From: an uncultured Candidatus Saccharibacteria bacterium
GTDB taxonomy: Bacteria > Patescibacteriota > Saccharimonadia > Saccharimonadales > EFPC-124
Assembly: GCA_965225085.1 (NCBI GenBank)
Contig: CBDDBE010000002.1
Coordinates: 95,185-159,184, forward strand
Length of the DNA stretch: 64,000 nt
Direction of reading: 5' to 3'
Below the pieces are notes generated by a model. The model worked only from the letters and a program-made list of their open reading frames with translations, did not search any database and was not told the DNA's origin. Shown here piece after piece: positions 56,131-64,000 of the stretch. Position 1 is the first letter of the stretch. Every line of letters starts with the position of its first letter. The translations under genes and the position numbers were made by a program.

Positions 56131-57159
56131 TTACATGCTTGTCGCGAGATGTAATAGCTGGTCGCTGCTGAGTGGCGCGTCGCCATCGATGGTATACAGC
56201 AGGCCGCCATTCACCCAGGCGGCGTGGTTGTTGAACGAGTAGATAGTCAGGCCGTGTTCCTCGTACGTAAGGTAGTTGTCGGTTTGTTTGGTGACGTAGT
56301 TGTCTAGCACCGCCTGGCTATCCCAATTGGATGATTTCTGTTTGATGACGAAGTTGTTATTGTTGGTATTGCTTTTGAAAGTGATGTTCACTTCGCCTGG
56401 CTGATAGCTGATAGGCCCCGCAAAGTGGTAGCCGTCTGGCTGGTAGTTGGGATAATTGGCTGCAATGCCCGCGCGAGTGGCTGCGACGCGCATGCTGATA
56501 TTTGGCAGGTTGATATACGTCAAGTAGCCGGCCAGCAGTAGCAAAGCGAGCGAACTCGTGAGGATCGTCGCCAGCCGCGGTTGATTGCTGAGCCGACGAT
56601 GATGTTTGACCTCGGTTTTGTTGGACTCAGCCTCTTCGACGCGCTGCTGTATGAGCGCTTCCTTTAGATTTGATGACGACTGCTGCTGAGGCAGCGCGGC
56701 CGGGGCGTGCTTTGCTAGCGCATGCGTTACGAGCGGGTGCTGGCGCGGCGCCGCTGCAACGGGTTCGGGTGTGTGCGTGTGTAATTGAGTGGTCGCCTGA
56801 TGCATCTTCTCTGGCGAGAACTTTTTGATCATCGGGCTGCGATGGTGCTGAACGCTGGTTGGTGCCGCAATTGAATCGACTTCGACCTTAACGGGTACTG
56901 GCGTGAGCTGCCGAAGCGGCATTGGCTTTTTGAGTGCTGAACGGTTGAGTGTTTGGGATTTTTGGAGCTGTTTATGAACGGCATGGGCCTTGAGTTCGGC
57001 ATGTTGTGGCTGAGCGGTGACGGGTTTAGAGATGTCCGAAAACGAACGGTGCGCCGGCGGTTTAGCGTGGTGCTGTTCGCCAGATACATCTGCGACGGGC
57101 AAGCCAGTCAAGCCATCGTACTTACGGCCGTTTATGATAATAATGTTTTTGCCTGTCAT
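56131..57159 (-). CDS. Single-pass membrane protein with a DUF4367-like C-terminal domain
   Basis: Low-complexity N-terminus, one TM, PNYQPDGY...AAWVNGGLLYTI...LLHLATSM. Confidence 0.75.
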   Translation of the reverse strand: MTGKNIIIINGRKYDGLTGLPVADVSGEQHHAKPPAHRSFSDISKPVTAQPQHAELKAHAVHKQLQKSQTLNRSALKKPMPLRQLTPVPVKVEVDSIAAPTSVQHHRSPMIKKFSPEKMHQATTQLHTHTPEPVAAAPRQHPLVTHALAKHAPAALPQQQSSSNLKEALIQQRVEEAESNKTEVKHHRRLSNQPRLATILTSSLALLLLAGYLTYINLPNISMRVAATRAGIAANYPNYQPDGYHFAGPISYQPGEVNITFKSNTNNNNFVIKQKSSNWDSQAVLDNYVTKQTDNYLTYEEHGLTIYSFNNHAAWVNGGLLYTIDGDAPLSSDQLLHLATSM

Positions 57160-57302
57160 ATCTCGTCTACCCTCGGTTTTGTATCGTTCGTGAAACGTAT
57201 CTCTTTTATAGTAAGGATAATCGCTATGCGTTTCAAGCCTTACTTACGCAGCTTGGTCCTCGTATTGTACATTATGAGCGTGCTATACTCGTAGGTAGTT
57301 TC

Positions 57303-58781
57303 ATGTTCGACATTGATTTTTCTTCGAAGCGGGCCAGACTGGCCATCCGGTTTTTCACGTATGGCGTCATGGCAGTTACATCGGCCGTTCTGACGGCACT
57401 CTTAGTATTGGTGGCATTGGGGTATAGACTGGATCGCAACTTTAACTTCAGCCAGGGCGGCCTGGTGCAGTTTCGCTCCTTCCCGGATAGCGCCGACGTG
57501 ACAATAGACGGCAAGAAGCAGAGCTTTCATACCCCGGACAAGCTAAACATGCCGGCGGGCGCACACACTGTTAGCCTAAGCCTAAGCGGTTATCGCCCTT
57601 GGTCCAAGGCGGTTAATCTAGCACCGGGCGAACTCCTGTGGCTGAACTATGCCCGACTCATCCCTAGTTCGATCACGACGTCCACAATCAAGGAATACTC
57701 GTCGATTGCTGGTTCACTCCCCTCGCCCGACCGACGAGGGCTCGTGTTGCAGATGAACACCGACCAGCCCAACTATACGCTAGTGGACTACAGCGACGAG
57801 ACCAAACCGCAGTTCACGAGCTGGCAATTGCCTGATGGCCTCTTCACCAAAAAAGACGGCAAATATGGGACCTTCAAACTCGTTGAATGGGACCTGCAGT
57901 CCAAATATCTGCTGATCGAGCATGATAACGGCGGCAATGCAGAGTTTGCCCGAGTGGATCGATCGAAGCCGAGCGACGCGGTAAATATGACCAAAGTGTT
58001 TGGGCTCGCGATCAAGGAAGCGCATTTTTCCGGGAACAATTCGAACATTATTTTTGTCAGGACCGATGATGTTCTGCGTCGATTGGATATTGGCGGGCCA
58101 ACGGCCTCGGCGGCTTTGGTGAGTGGCGTGCAGGCCTTTACGGTGTATGGCGGCGACACTATTGCGTTTAGCAGTTTGCAGGACGCAACAACTGGCGACG
58201 ATTCGACCAGGCAACAGCAGGTTGGCGTATATCGTCAGGACAAGATTACACCGGTACGTACGTTGCCACTTGACCAGCAAGTACATTTTGCGTACAACGA
58301 GTACGACGGTCATGCGTACCTGGCTATTAGCTCGGCTGGAGCTAACACGGTTGATATCATTCGTGACCCCACCGCTACCGGCAGCAGCAAAGCCGCGAGT
58401 GTCTTTGCGCAGTTTGACCTAGGCAAGCCTGCTAGCTCGTTAAGTTTTAGTAGTAATGGTCGCATGCTCGTGGCTCAACATGGTAATACAATGGCGACAT
58501 ACGATATCGACATGGGCAAAGTCTACAAGAAGACACTTGGTTTTGGCAGTGATAAGACAGCGCAGTTTGGCTGGCTAGACGACTACTACCTACTGACCGA
58601 CGATAGCGGTGACCTGCGAATGTTTGAGTTCGATGGGACCAATGACTCGGAATTGACCACTGTTGCTCCCGGTTTCGGGGTGATGCTGAGCAGTAACGGC
58701 AAGCAGCTGTTGAGCATTGGCAAAAATAATGTAACGCAATCGTTGCTGTTGCAGGCCTCCAAGCTAACACTCGGTAATTAG
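57303..58781 (+). CDS. PEGA-domain membrane-anchored protein with a probable beta-propeller
   Basis: N-terminal TM; SFPDSADVTIDG...TP...GAHTV...GYRPW. Confidence 0.8.
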   Translation: MFDIDFSSKRARLAIRFFTYGVMAVTSAVLTALLVLVALGYRLDRNFNFSQGGLVQFRSFPDSADVTIDGKKQSFHTPDKLNMPAGAHTVSLSLSGYRPWSKAVNLAPGELLWLNYARLIPSSITTSTIKEYSSIAGSLPSPDRRGLVLQMNTDQPNYTLVDYSDETKPQFTSWQLPDGLFTKKDGKYGTFKLVEWDLQSKYLLIEHDNGGNAEFARVDRSKPSDAVNMTKVFGLAIKEAHFSGNNSNIIFVRTDDVLRRLDIGGPTASAALVSGVQAFTVYGGDTIAFSSLQDATTGDDSTRQQQVGVYRQDKITPVRTLPLDQQVHFAYNEYDGHAYLAISSAGANTVDIIRDPTATGSSKAASVFAQFDLGKPASSLSFSSNGRMLVAQHGNTMATYDIDMGKVYKKTLGFGSDKTAQFGWLDDYYLLTDDSGDLRMFEFDGTNDSELTTVAPGFGVMLSSNGKQLLSIGKNNVTQSLLLQASKLTLGN

Positions 58782-58946
58782 GTTGTAAATCGTACCTATC
58801 CTAGCCTCGACCGATCGATTAACGTATCAGCCCTGTATAGCGTATATGCAATATCTGGCTCCGCCGTGAGTATTCGCGACAAACGTCGTGCTGAGGATGA
58901 TATGAGCCGACGGTATCTTATTCTGAGGCGCCGCGTGAATGAGCTA

Positions 58947-60158
58947 CTAAGGGAATAATCCCAGGATTCGTTCGAAGAAGGTTTCTGAATTGCCCGGTAT
59001 GTGGTCCGGGTTAGCGTCTTGATTGTTGGCTGGGGCTGGGCTGGCAGTGCCCGGGTCTGGGCTGATCTGTTGTCCATACACGAGTAGCCGATCTGTCGCG
59101 CTGCCTACTGGCGTGCCCGTGACCAGGATAACAGTTGGCTTGCCGTCATTTTGCTGCAATGTATGCCAGTCGGCCGGCTTGATAACTGCTTTGCGTGTGA
59201 CCGCGTAGGCGTAGCGCTTGCCCTGGTAATTCATGTAGAAGACGTCGCCCTGCTGCAAGCGATCGATCAGCACAAAGGCAAATTTGTAACTGCCCGGGTC
59301 GAAGACGTCATTGCTAGAATGGCCAAGGATGACAGTGTTCCCCTGTTGCCCCGGCACGCTACTGGCACCCGGTAAGTTATAGCGAACGACGCCATGCTGC
59401 AACGCCGCTTGAATGGCGCGTTCGTCCACCGTAGTAACACTGTAGACAACCGGCGCATTGACGTTGATTTTGGGGATGATCAAGCGAGGGTCAGCACTGA
59501 CGTTGGCGTTAGCTGCAGGGTCAACGATGATAGCATTGGCCGCCGTACTACCCGGGCTGATAAAGCCTTCGACGTACGCCACCAGGAACCGATTGAATTG
59601 CACAAATAGGAGCAACAGGACGACGACAAGCCCACACATGATCGGCACAAAGCGATTGCTTTTCTGGAACGTACGCGTGCGTTCGGCTACTTTGCCGAGC
59701 AGGTCGTCGCGCACTTGCTGGAAACGGCTGCGAGGCACGAAGGTATTGTCGCTGCCCGTAATGGTGCCGTCGGCGTGGTGTTGGGTATCTTGGAGCGTTG
59801 GCGGTTCCTTTTGCTGCTCGGCCAGCAGCTGTGCCTGGAAATAACGCTGATAGTACTGCTGGTAGTATGACTGCCACGCGGTATGGTAGCGCTGCCAGTC
59901 GTACGTCGGCTGGTGGGTCTGCAAGTAGGGGTTGGTATTTGTTTGAGGCTGCGTGTGCTCAGGCTCGGCAACGGGCTGGTTTGGCGGGTTGTGCTGGTAT
60001 ATGTGCTCGGCTTGATGTCGCGCAACATTGGCCGCCCCTTGCCGTTGGTCCTGGACGGAATCAACTGGGGTCGATGTGTCCTCGCGCCATGAATACAGGC
60101 CGGATTGGTCTGTCTTGTCCTCGGGTTGATTGTTTTTTTGATTATTGTCTGGGTTCAT
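58947..60158 (-). CDS. Sortase-like protein with the catalytic Cys replaced by Gly
   Basis: RLIIPKINVNAPV, GNTVILGHS, LVTGTP (TLxTC position), DRLLV. Confidence 0.85.
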   Translation of the reverse strand: MNPDNNQKNNQPEDKTDQSGLYSWREDTSTPVDSVQDQRQGAANVARHQAEHIYQHNPPNQPVAEPEHTQPQTNTNPYLQTHQPTYDWQRYHTAWQSYYQQYYQRYFQAQLLAEQQKEPPTLQDTQHHADGTITGSDNTFVPRSRFQQVRDDLLGKVAERTRTFQKSNRFVPIMCGLVVVLLLLFVQFNRFLVAYVEGFISPGSTAANAIIVDPAANANVSADPRLIIPKINVNAPVVYSVTTVDERAIQAALQHGVVRYNLPGASSVPGQQGNTVILGHSSNDVFDPGSYKFAFVLIDRLQQGDVFYMNYQGKRYAYAVTRKAVIKPADWHTLQQNDGKPTVILVTGTPVGSATDRLLVYGQQISPDPGTASPAPANNQDANPDHIPGNSETFFERILGLFP

Positions 60159-60225
60159 TTGGTAAAACCAGGATGATTCTTGCCTGGCTTTAGTATATAA
60201 TCTATGTGGTCACACGTACAATTTT

Positions 60226-60314
60226 GGGCAGATGGCGGAACTGGTAGACGCGCTGGACTCAAAATCCAGTTCCCTTTATCGGGAGTGAGGGTTCGATTCC
60301 CTCCCTGCCCACCA
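60226..60314 (+). tRNA. tRNA-Leu (CAA)
   Basis: GGGCAGA/CCTGCCC acceptor stem, CTGGA-CTCAAAA-TCCAG anticodon arm, long variable arm, GGTTCGATTCC, CCA. Confidence 0.97.
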
Positions 60315-60463
60315 TACTTGAGATTGCAATAAAGACTGCGAATAGCCGCGGTCTTTATTGATTCTGAAGGGCCATCACGCTATCTCACGTATTGACAGAA
60401 AAATAGCCAAGGTGTCATTAATAGGTGCAGCCTACTCAGGTTCCGGACGAAGGGAGAACGCAC

Positions 60464-60967
60464 ATGGTTATGCGGCAAGAGGCTGTCACTAGGCGTGGTC
60501 AGCGAATTACCTACGAACTGTACGATGCGGTGCGAGTCAGGCTGCCTCGTCATGTCAGGATGAGCTGGGAAGAGTTCATCCGGCCTGAGCAGTGGTCAGC
60601 CAACGATCATTTTGTCTGTGGCACCGTGCGATGCACGGAGGACGAGCTGGTTGCGGTAAATATATGGCGCACCCCGCACGTGCGTCATGGCTTGACATTG
60701 TGGCCGCATTCCCATGCGCGCGGGCTGCGGTATGAAGTGCTAAGGGGAGGGTTGGCTATCGCGAGCTATGGCACGGCTCTGATGCCGAGCCCTTGGCGGC
60801 AGACGACGTATCGTATGGGCCAGGTAGCTGTGCTGCAGGTTGGTGAATTCCATGTGGTTACCCACATCGAAGAGGGTACGATTGTGATTGTAGGCGGTGG
60901 CCCAAGAAAAACCGCGTACTATCGTAGCTACCTCAACCCCGAGACGTACGAAGTCACCCCGCGCTAA
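60464..60967 (+). CDS. Cupin-like orphan protein
   Basis: PHSH...EVLRGG...GEFHVV; TTGACA upstream; SD GGGAG; hairpin downstream. Confidence 0.6.
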   Translation: MVMRQEAVTRRGQRITYELYDAVRVRLPRHVRMSWEEFIRPEQWSANDHFVCGTVRCTEDELVAVNIWRTPHVRHGLTLWPHSHARGLRYEVLRGGLAIASYGTALMPSPWRQTTYRMGQVAVLQVGEFHVVTHIEEGTIVIVGGGPRKTAYYRSYLNPETYEVTPR

Positions 60968-61060
60968 TATGCGGAGCGCCACGTCTTAAAGCCCGGGAAC
61001 GCAAGATGGAGCCTTCCCGGGCTTGTTCATACAGAACTCAAGTTACTCAACCTGTCGATC

Positions 61061-61855
61061 TTATTTGGCCGTCACAAGACTAGCCGTTATCGCCTCGAAC
61101 GGCTTGCCGGCGTTTTGTAGCCAGTAAACGCCTGCCTTGGTCGCCACGCTCCCCCGCCAGATCATCATCGCATCATCCCAGGGGGTGGTACTGACGCGGC
61201 CTTCGTGGGCCACGACCAAGTGGTTCTGGTGCAGGACTACAATTGTGACCGGATACGTGATGGTAAATTTGTGTAAGGTTTCAACAAGGGTGGCCAGCTG
61301 CATGCTAAACAGGATGGTCTTGGGGTAGTATACGGCCTGAAAGATTTTCTGCAGTTGCGCCAGACTCACGATGAGCGTGGTTCCCGAGCGTTCCAGGATT
61401 TGTGCCATGCCTGCTCGCAGCAGATCGACGGCGTCGCGTGTCATGATGATGGGCCTAGTGGTTTTTGCGATCAGCCCTTCGAGGGTGATAGCTGTTTCCG
61501 AATTCCGCCCGGCATCCCCTATTAGCAGAATCGCATCTGCCCACTCTGCCGAAGCTATAAGCGCTGGCAACGCTTCGCGGCTCATACCACCAGATGGATT
61601 GGTGGGCACGTATACGCAGTCCAGTGCGAATTTGTCGATGACTGGTTTGAGCGCATCTGGCAAGATTGCCCGGCACTCCCCCACTCCCGCGGCTTGGGCA
61701 TCGCCGTAGGCTTGGGCTACGGCCGCAAAACCTAGTTTGTTGCCGCCAACTATCAGCAGCTTGCCCGCCAGGCTTTTGTGCTGGGGCCGTTGCCACTCGA
61801 TATCCGGGAAAAGTGGCTTGGCCGACGTCTGTTTGAGCCAAAAATCGTATTGCAC
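61061..61855 (-). CDS. YjeF C-terminal/NnrD-like (ribokinase-fold) protein
   Basis: HKSLAGKLLIVGG...AAGVG; GTG start after GAGGAG. Confidence 0.7.
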   Translation of the reverse strand: MQYDFWLKQTSAKPLFPDIEWQRPQHKSLAGKLLIVGGNKLGFAAVAQAYGDAQAAGVGECRAILPDALKPVIDKFALDCVYVPTNPSGGMSREALPALIASAEWADAILLIGDAGRNSETAITLEGLIAKTTRPIIMTRDAVDLLRAGMAQILERSGTTLIVSLAQLQKIFQAVYYPKTILFSMQLATLVETLHKFTITYPVTIVVLHQNHLVVAHEGRVSTTPWDDAMMIWRGSVATKAGVYWLQNAGKPFEAITASLVTAK

Positions 61856-61856
61856 G

Positions 61857-62105
61857 TTAGTTGAACTCCTCGACAATGCTTAGCTGAGTGCCATCGGGTA
61901 GTATCTGTTGGTCGCGGTCGAATGCAAAGCTGGCCCTGACACCGATTTCCTCGAAACATTCTCGGACCGCAGCCTGCACGATGGTCTCACCTGCTTCGAT
62001 CTTGCCGCCTACGCCATTCCAGCGTCCAGCCCCAAAGCCACGCTTCTTCATTGCTAGCAAAATGTGGTTGTCCTTCAGTAGAAATAACAGCGTGGTGTGC
62101 TTCAT
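61857..62105 (-). pseudogene. MTH1/MutT-type NUDIX hydrolase with an apparent internal in-frame deletion
   Basis: [20 protein letters not shown] and a complete Nudix box, then directly a C-terminal-like RASFAFD; only 82 aa. Confidence 0.7.
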
Positions 62106-62107
62106 AC

Positions 62108-62917
62108 CTAGGCGGCCGGCAGATCGAGAGTAATACTAATTGGGCAGTGGTCCGAGCCCATCACGTCGGGATGGATTTCGGCAGTTTTAATCTTGTCCTT
62201 CAACGCGTGCGACACCAGGAAGTAGTCGATACGCCACCCCACGTTGTTGGCACGGGCGTTGCCAAAGTGGCTCCACCACGTGTAATAGCCGTTGCCCTTC
62301 TTGAACAGGCGCAATGTGTCGACAAATCCGGCGTCGATGAAGTTCTGGAAGCCTTCGCGCTCTTCGTCGGTGAAGCCTTTTTTGCCTTTGTTCGGTTTGG
62401 GGCGCGCCAGGTCGTCCTCGGTGTGGGCGACGTTGAGGTCACCGCAGAATATAACGGGCTTTTTCTTCTCGAGCTGCTGGCAGTAGGCCAGGAACGCCGG
62501 GTCCCAGTGCTTGTGGCGCAGCGGCACGCGGCTGAGGTCGTCCTTGGCGTTGGGCGTGTAGACGGTCACGATATAGAAGTGTTCGAACTCGGCGGCGATG
62601 ACGCGGCCCTCTTTGTTGGGATCCCCGTACGTGTCCCCGGTGACATGGTATCTCTCGACGATGTCATCGGGTAGGCCGTTGATGACCGACAGCGGCTGGG
62701 TCTTGCTGAAGATCGCTGTGCCGGAGTAGCCCTTTTTCTCGGCTGAGTTCCAATATTCCTCATAGCCACTTACCTCGATGGCTGCTTGACCGCGTTCGGC
62801 CTTTGTCTCCTGCATGCACAAGATGTCAGGTTCGTGCTTGGTTACAAATGGCGTAAAGAGTTCCTTGCGCACGACCGCTCGGATGCCATTAATATTCCAC
62901 GAATACAGTTTGATCAT
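62108..62917 (-). CDS. xth: Exodeoxyribonuclease III
   Basis: [31 protein letters not shown]. Confidence 0.97.
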   Translation of the reverse strand: MIKLYSWNINGIRAVVRKELFTPFVTKHEPDILCMQETKAERGQAAIEVSGYEEYWNSAEKKGYSGTAIFSKTQPLSVINGLPDDIVERYHVTGDTYGDPNKEGRVIAAEFEHFYIVTVYTPNAKDDLSRVPLRHKHWDPAFLAYCQQLEKKKPVIFCGDLNVAHTEDDLARPKPNKGKKGFTDEEREGFQNFIDAGFVDTLRLFKKGNGYYTWWSHFGNARANNVGWRIDYFLVSHALKDKIKTAEIHPDVMGSDHCPISITLDLPAA

Positions 62918-62978
62918 ATCTGAAGTATATCAGAGTGCGGTTGCGCTGTGCGGGCAAAGCTTGTTACACTGGGCGACA

Positions 62979-63692
62979 ATGAATCTAAAGTACAAACGAA
63001 TGTTGGTGAAGCTATCTGGTGAGCAATTATCTGGCGAGCATCAGAGTGGGGTCGATACCGATGTAATTGTGTGGATCGCGGGCGAGCTGAAGAAGGCTGC
63101 AGATACCGGCGCGGAGCTGGTCGTGGTGGTCGGTGGTGGGAACTTTGTGCGGGGCAAACAGCTGCAGAGCGAGCTCATCACTCGTGCGACTGCCGATAAC
63201 GTCGGGTTGCTCTCTACCCTACTGAATGGGCTCATCGTGGGCGATGTCTTTAACGCCAGCGGCCTGCCAGCTCGAGTGTTGAGCAGCGTTGTGGCCGAAC
63301 AGGTTGTCGACACATACACGTACCGACGCGCAGTGAACCACCTGCAAAAAGGTCGCGTCGTGGTCGTAGCTGGCGGGATTGGCAGGCCGTATTTTACCAC
63401 CGATACCGGCTCGGTTAATCTCGCGCTTGAGTTGGGGTGTGATGTGGTGTGCAAAACGACAAAAGTCGATGGCGTGTACGATCGCGATCCGGCCAAGTTT
63501 GCCGACGCAGTACGGCTAGAGCACATGACCTATCAGCAAGCAGTTGAGGATGAGGCGATAAAGGTAATGGATAAGGCCGCGTTGGGGCTGGCGATGGAAG
63601 AAAAGATGCCAGTTATGGTGTTTGACCTTGAGACTGAGGGGAATATTCGCCGAGCGGCTTTGGGCGAGGCGGTGGGAACATTGATTGGCTGA
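62979..63692 (+). CDS. pyrH: UMP kinase
   Basis: KLSGE, VVGGGNF, PYFTTD, VDGVYDRDP, VMD. Confidence 0.95.
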   Translation: MNLKYKRMLVKLSGEQLSGEHQSGVDTDVIVWIAGELKKAADTGAELVVVVGGGNFVRGKQLQSELITRATADNVGLLSTLLNGLIVGDVFNASGLPARVLSSVVAEQVVDTYTYRRAVNHLQKGRVVVVAGGIGRPYFTTDTGSVNLALELGCDVVCKTTKVDGVYDRDPAKFADAVRLEHMTYQQAVEDEAIKVMDKAALGLAMEEKMPVMVFDLETEGNIRRAALGEAVGTLIG

Positions 63693-63736
63693 GCTTTGGC
63701 CCTACCTTAATCTATTCAGAAACGACAAATCTCCTT

Positions 63737-64000
63737 CTAGCGCTTCATCATTCGCTGCGCTTCACGCTCGGTGTCACGACGTTTGATGGTCTCGCGTTTG
63801 TCGTAGAGCTTTTTGCCTCGGGCCGTCGCGATGGTGAGTTTGATGTAGCGGGTGTTGGTGGTCATGGTGAGGGGCACGATTGTCAGGCCTTCGTCCTTGG
63901 CGGCGATGAGCTGGGCAATTTCTTTTTTGTTGGCGAGGAGCTTACGCGGGTTGGTGTCCACCACCGAATCGGTATTTCCTTGTGAGCGCAGCGTGAAGCC
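63737..64000 (-). CDS. smpB: SsrA-binding protein SmpB (5' end outside the window)
   Basis: RKLL...GLTIVP...ARGKKLYDKRETIKRRD. Confidence 0.93.
   Translation of the reverse strand, partial: GFTLRSQGNTDSVVDTNPRKLLANKKEIAQLIAAKDEGLTIVPLTMTTNTRYIKLTIATARGKKLYDKRETIKRRDTEREAQRMMKR

Noticed and set aside
58785-58945. Possible small RNA between the convergent PEGA and sortase genes
   Set aside because: Only weak pairing (GGCTC/GAGCC) and no promoter or terminator support
4497-61024. Intergenic hairpins as integron attC sites or a REP family
   Set aside because: They share no primary sequence or consistent RYYYAAC/GTTRRRY ends, and there is no integron integrase; best read as terminators
1-64000. 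CRISPR array, cas genes, integrase, transposase, rRNA
   Set aside because: No regularly spaced direct repeats or recognisable motifs were found by eye

Overview
This 64-kb window looks like a chromosomal segment of a Patescibacteria (CPR) genome, most likely Saccharibacteria/TM7. That assignment is an inference from gene content: a CPR-type VirD4/TraD-like ATPase, a sigma70-region-4/HTH protein, DUF3048, PEGA, sortase-like and receiver-only two-component genes. The housekeeping backbone comprises topA, a frameshifted dprA, pth, der, a pseudouridine synthase, gltX, xth, pyrH, partial smpB, tRNA-Glu(CTC) and tRNA-Leu(CAA). It is punctuated by about a dozen solitary orphan genes, most with their own promoter, Shine-Dalgarno (SD) and hairpin. 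The main accessory block (about 18.2-36.0 kb) combines a GT-C-like membrane protein, a short-chain polyprenyl synthase, a class I terpene-synthase/ComQ-like enzyme, a type IV pilus/T2SS-like operon, two histidine kinases, two receiver-only regulators, and an 83-aa peptide translationally coupled to an all-helical DUF6895-like enzyme. It is a candidate prenylated-peptide signalling and pilus system. Other highlights are an unannotated, highly structured ~265-nt RNA with its own promoter and terminator (8910-9176), a RavA/ViaA-like AAA+/VWA pair, a UvrA2/DrrC-VOC-MarR cassette, a sortase lacking its catalytic Cys, an in-frame insertion in topA and many apparently leaderless genes. No CRISPR array, rRNA, integrase or transposase was seen. 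All family names come from motif recognition, not from database searches.
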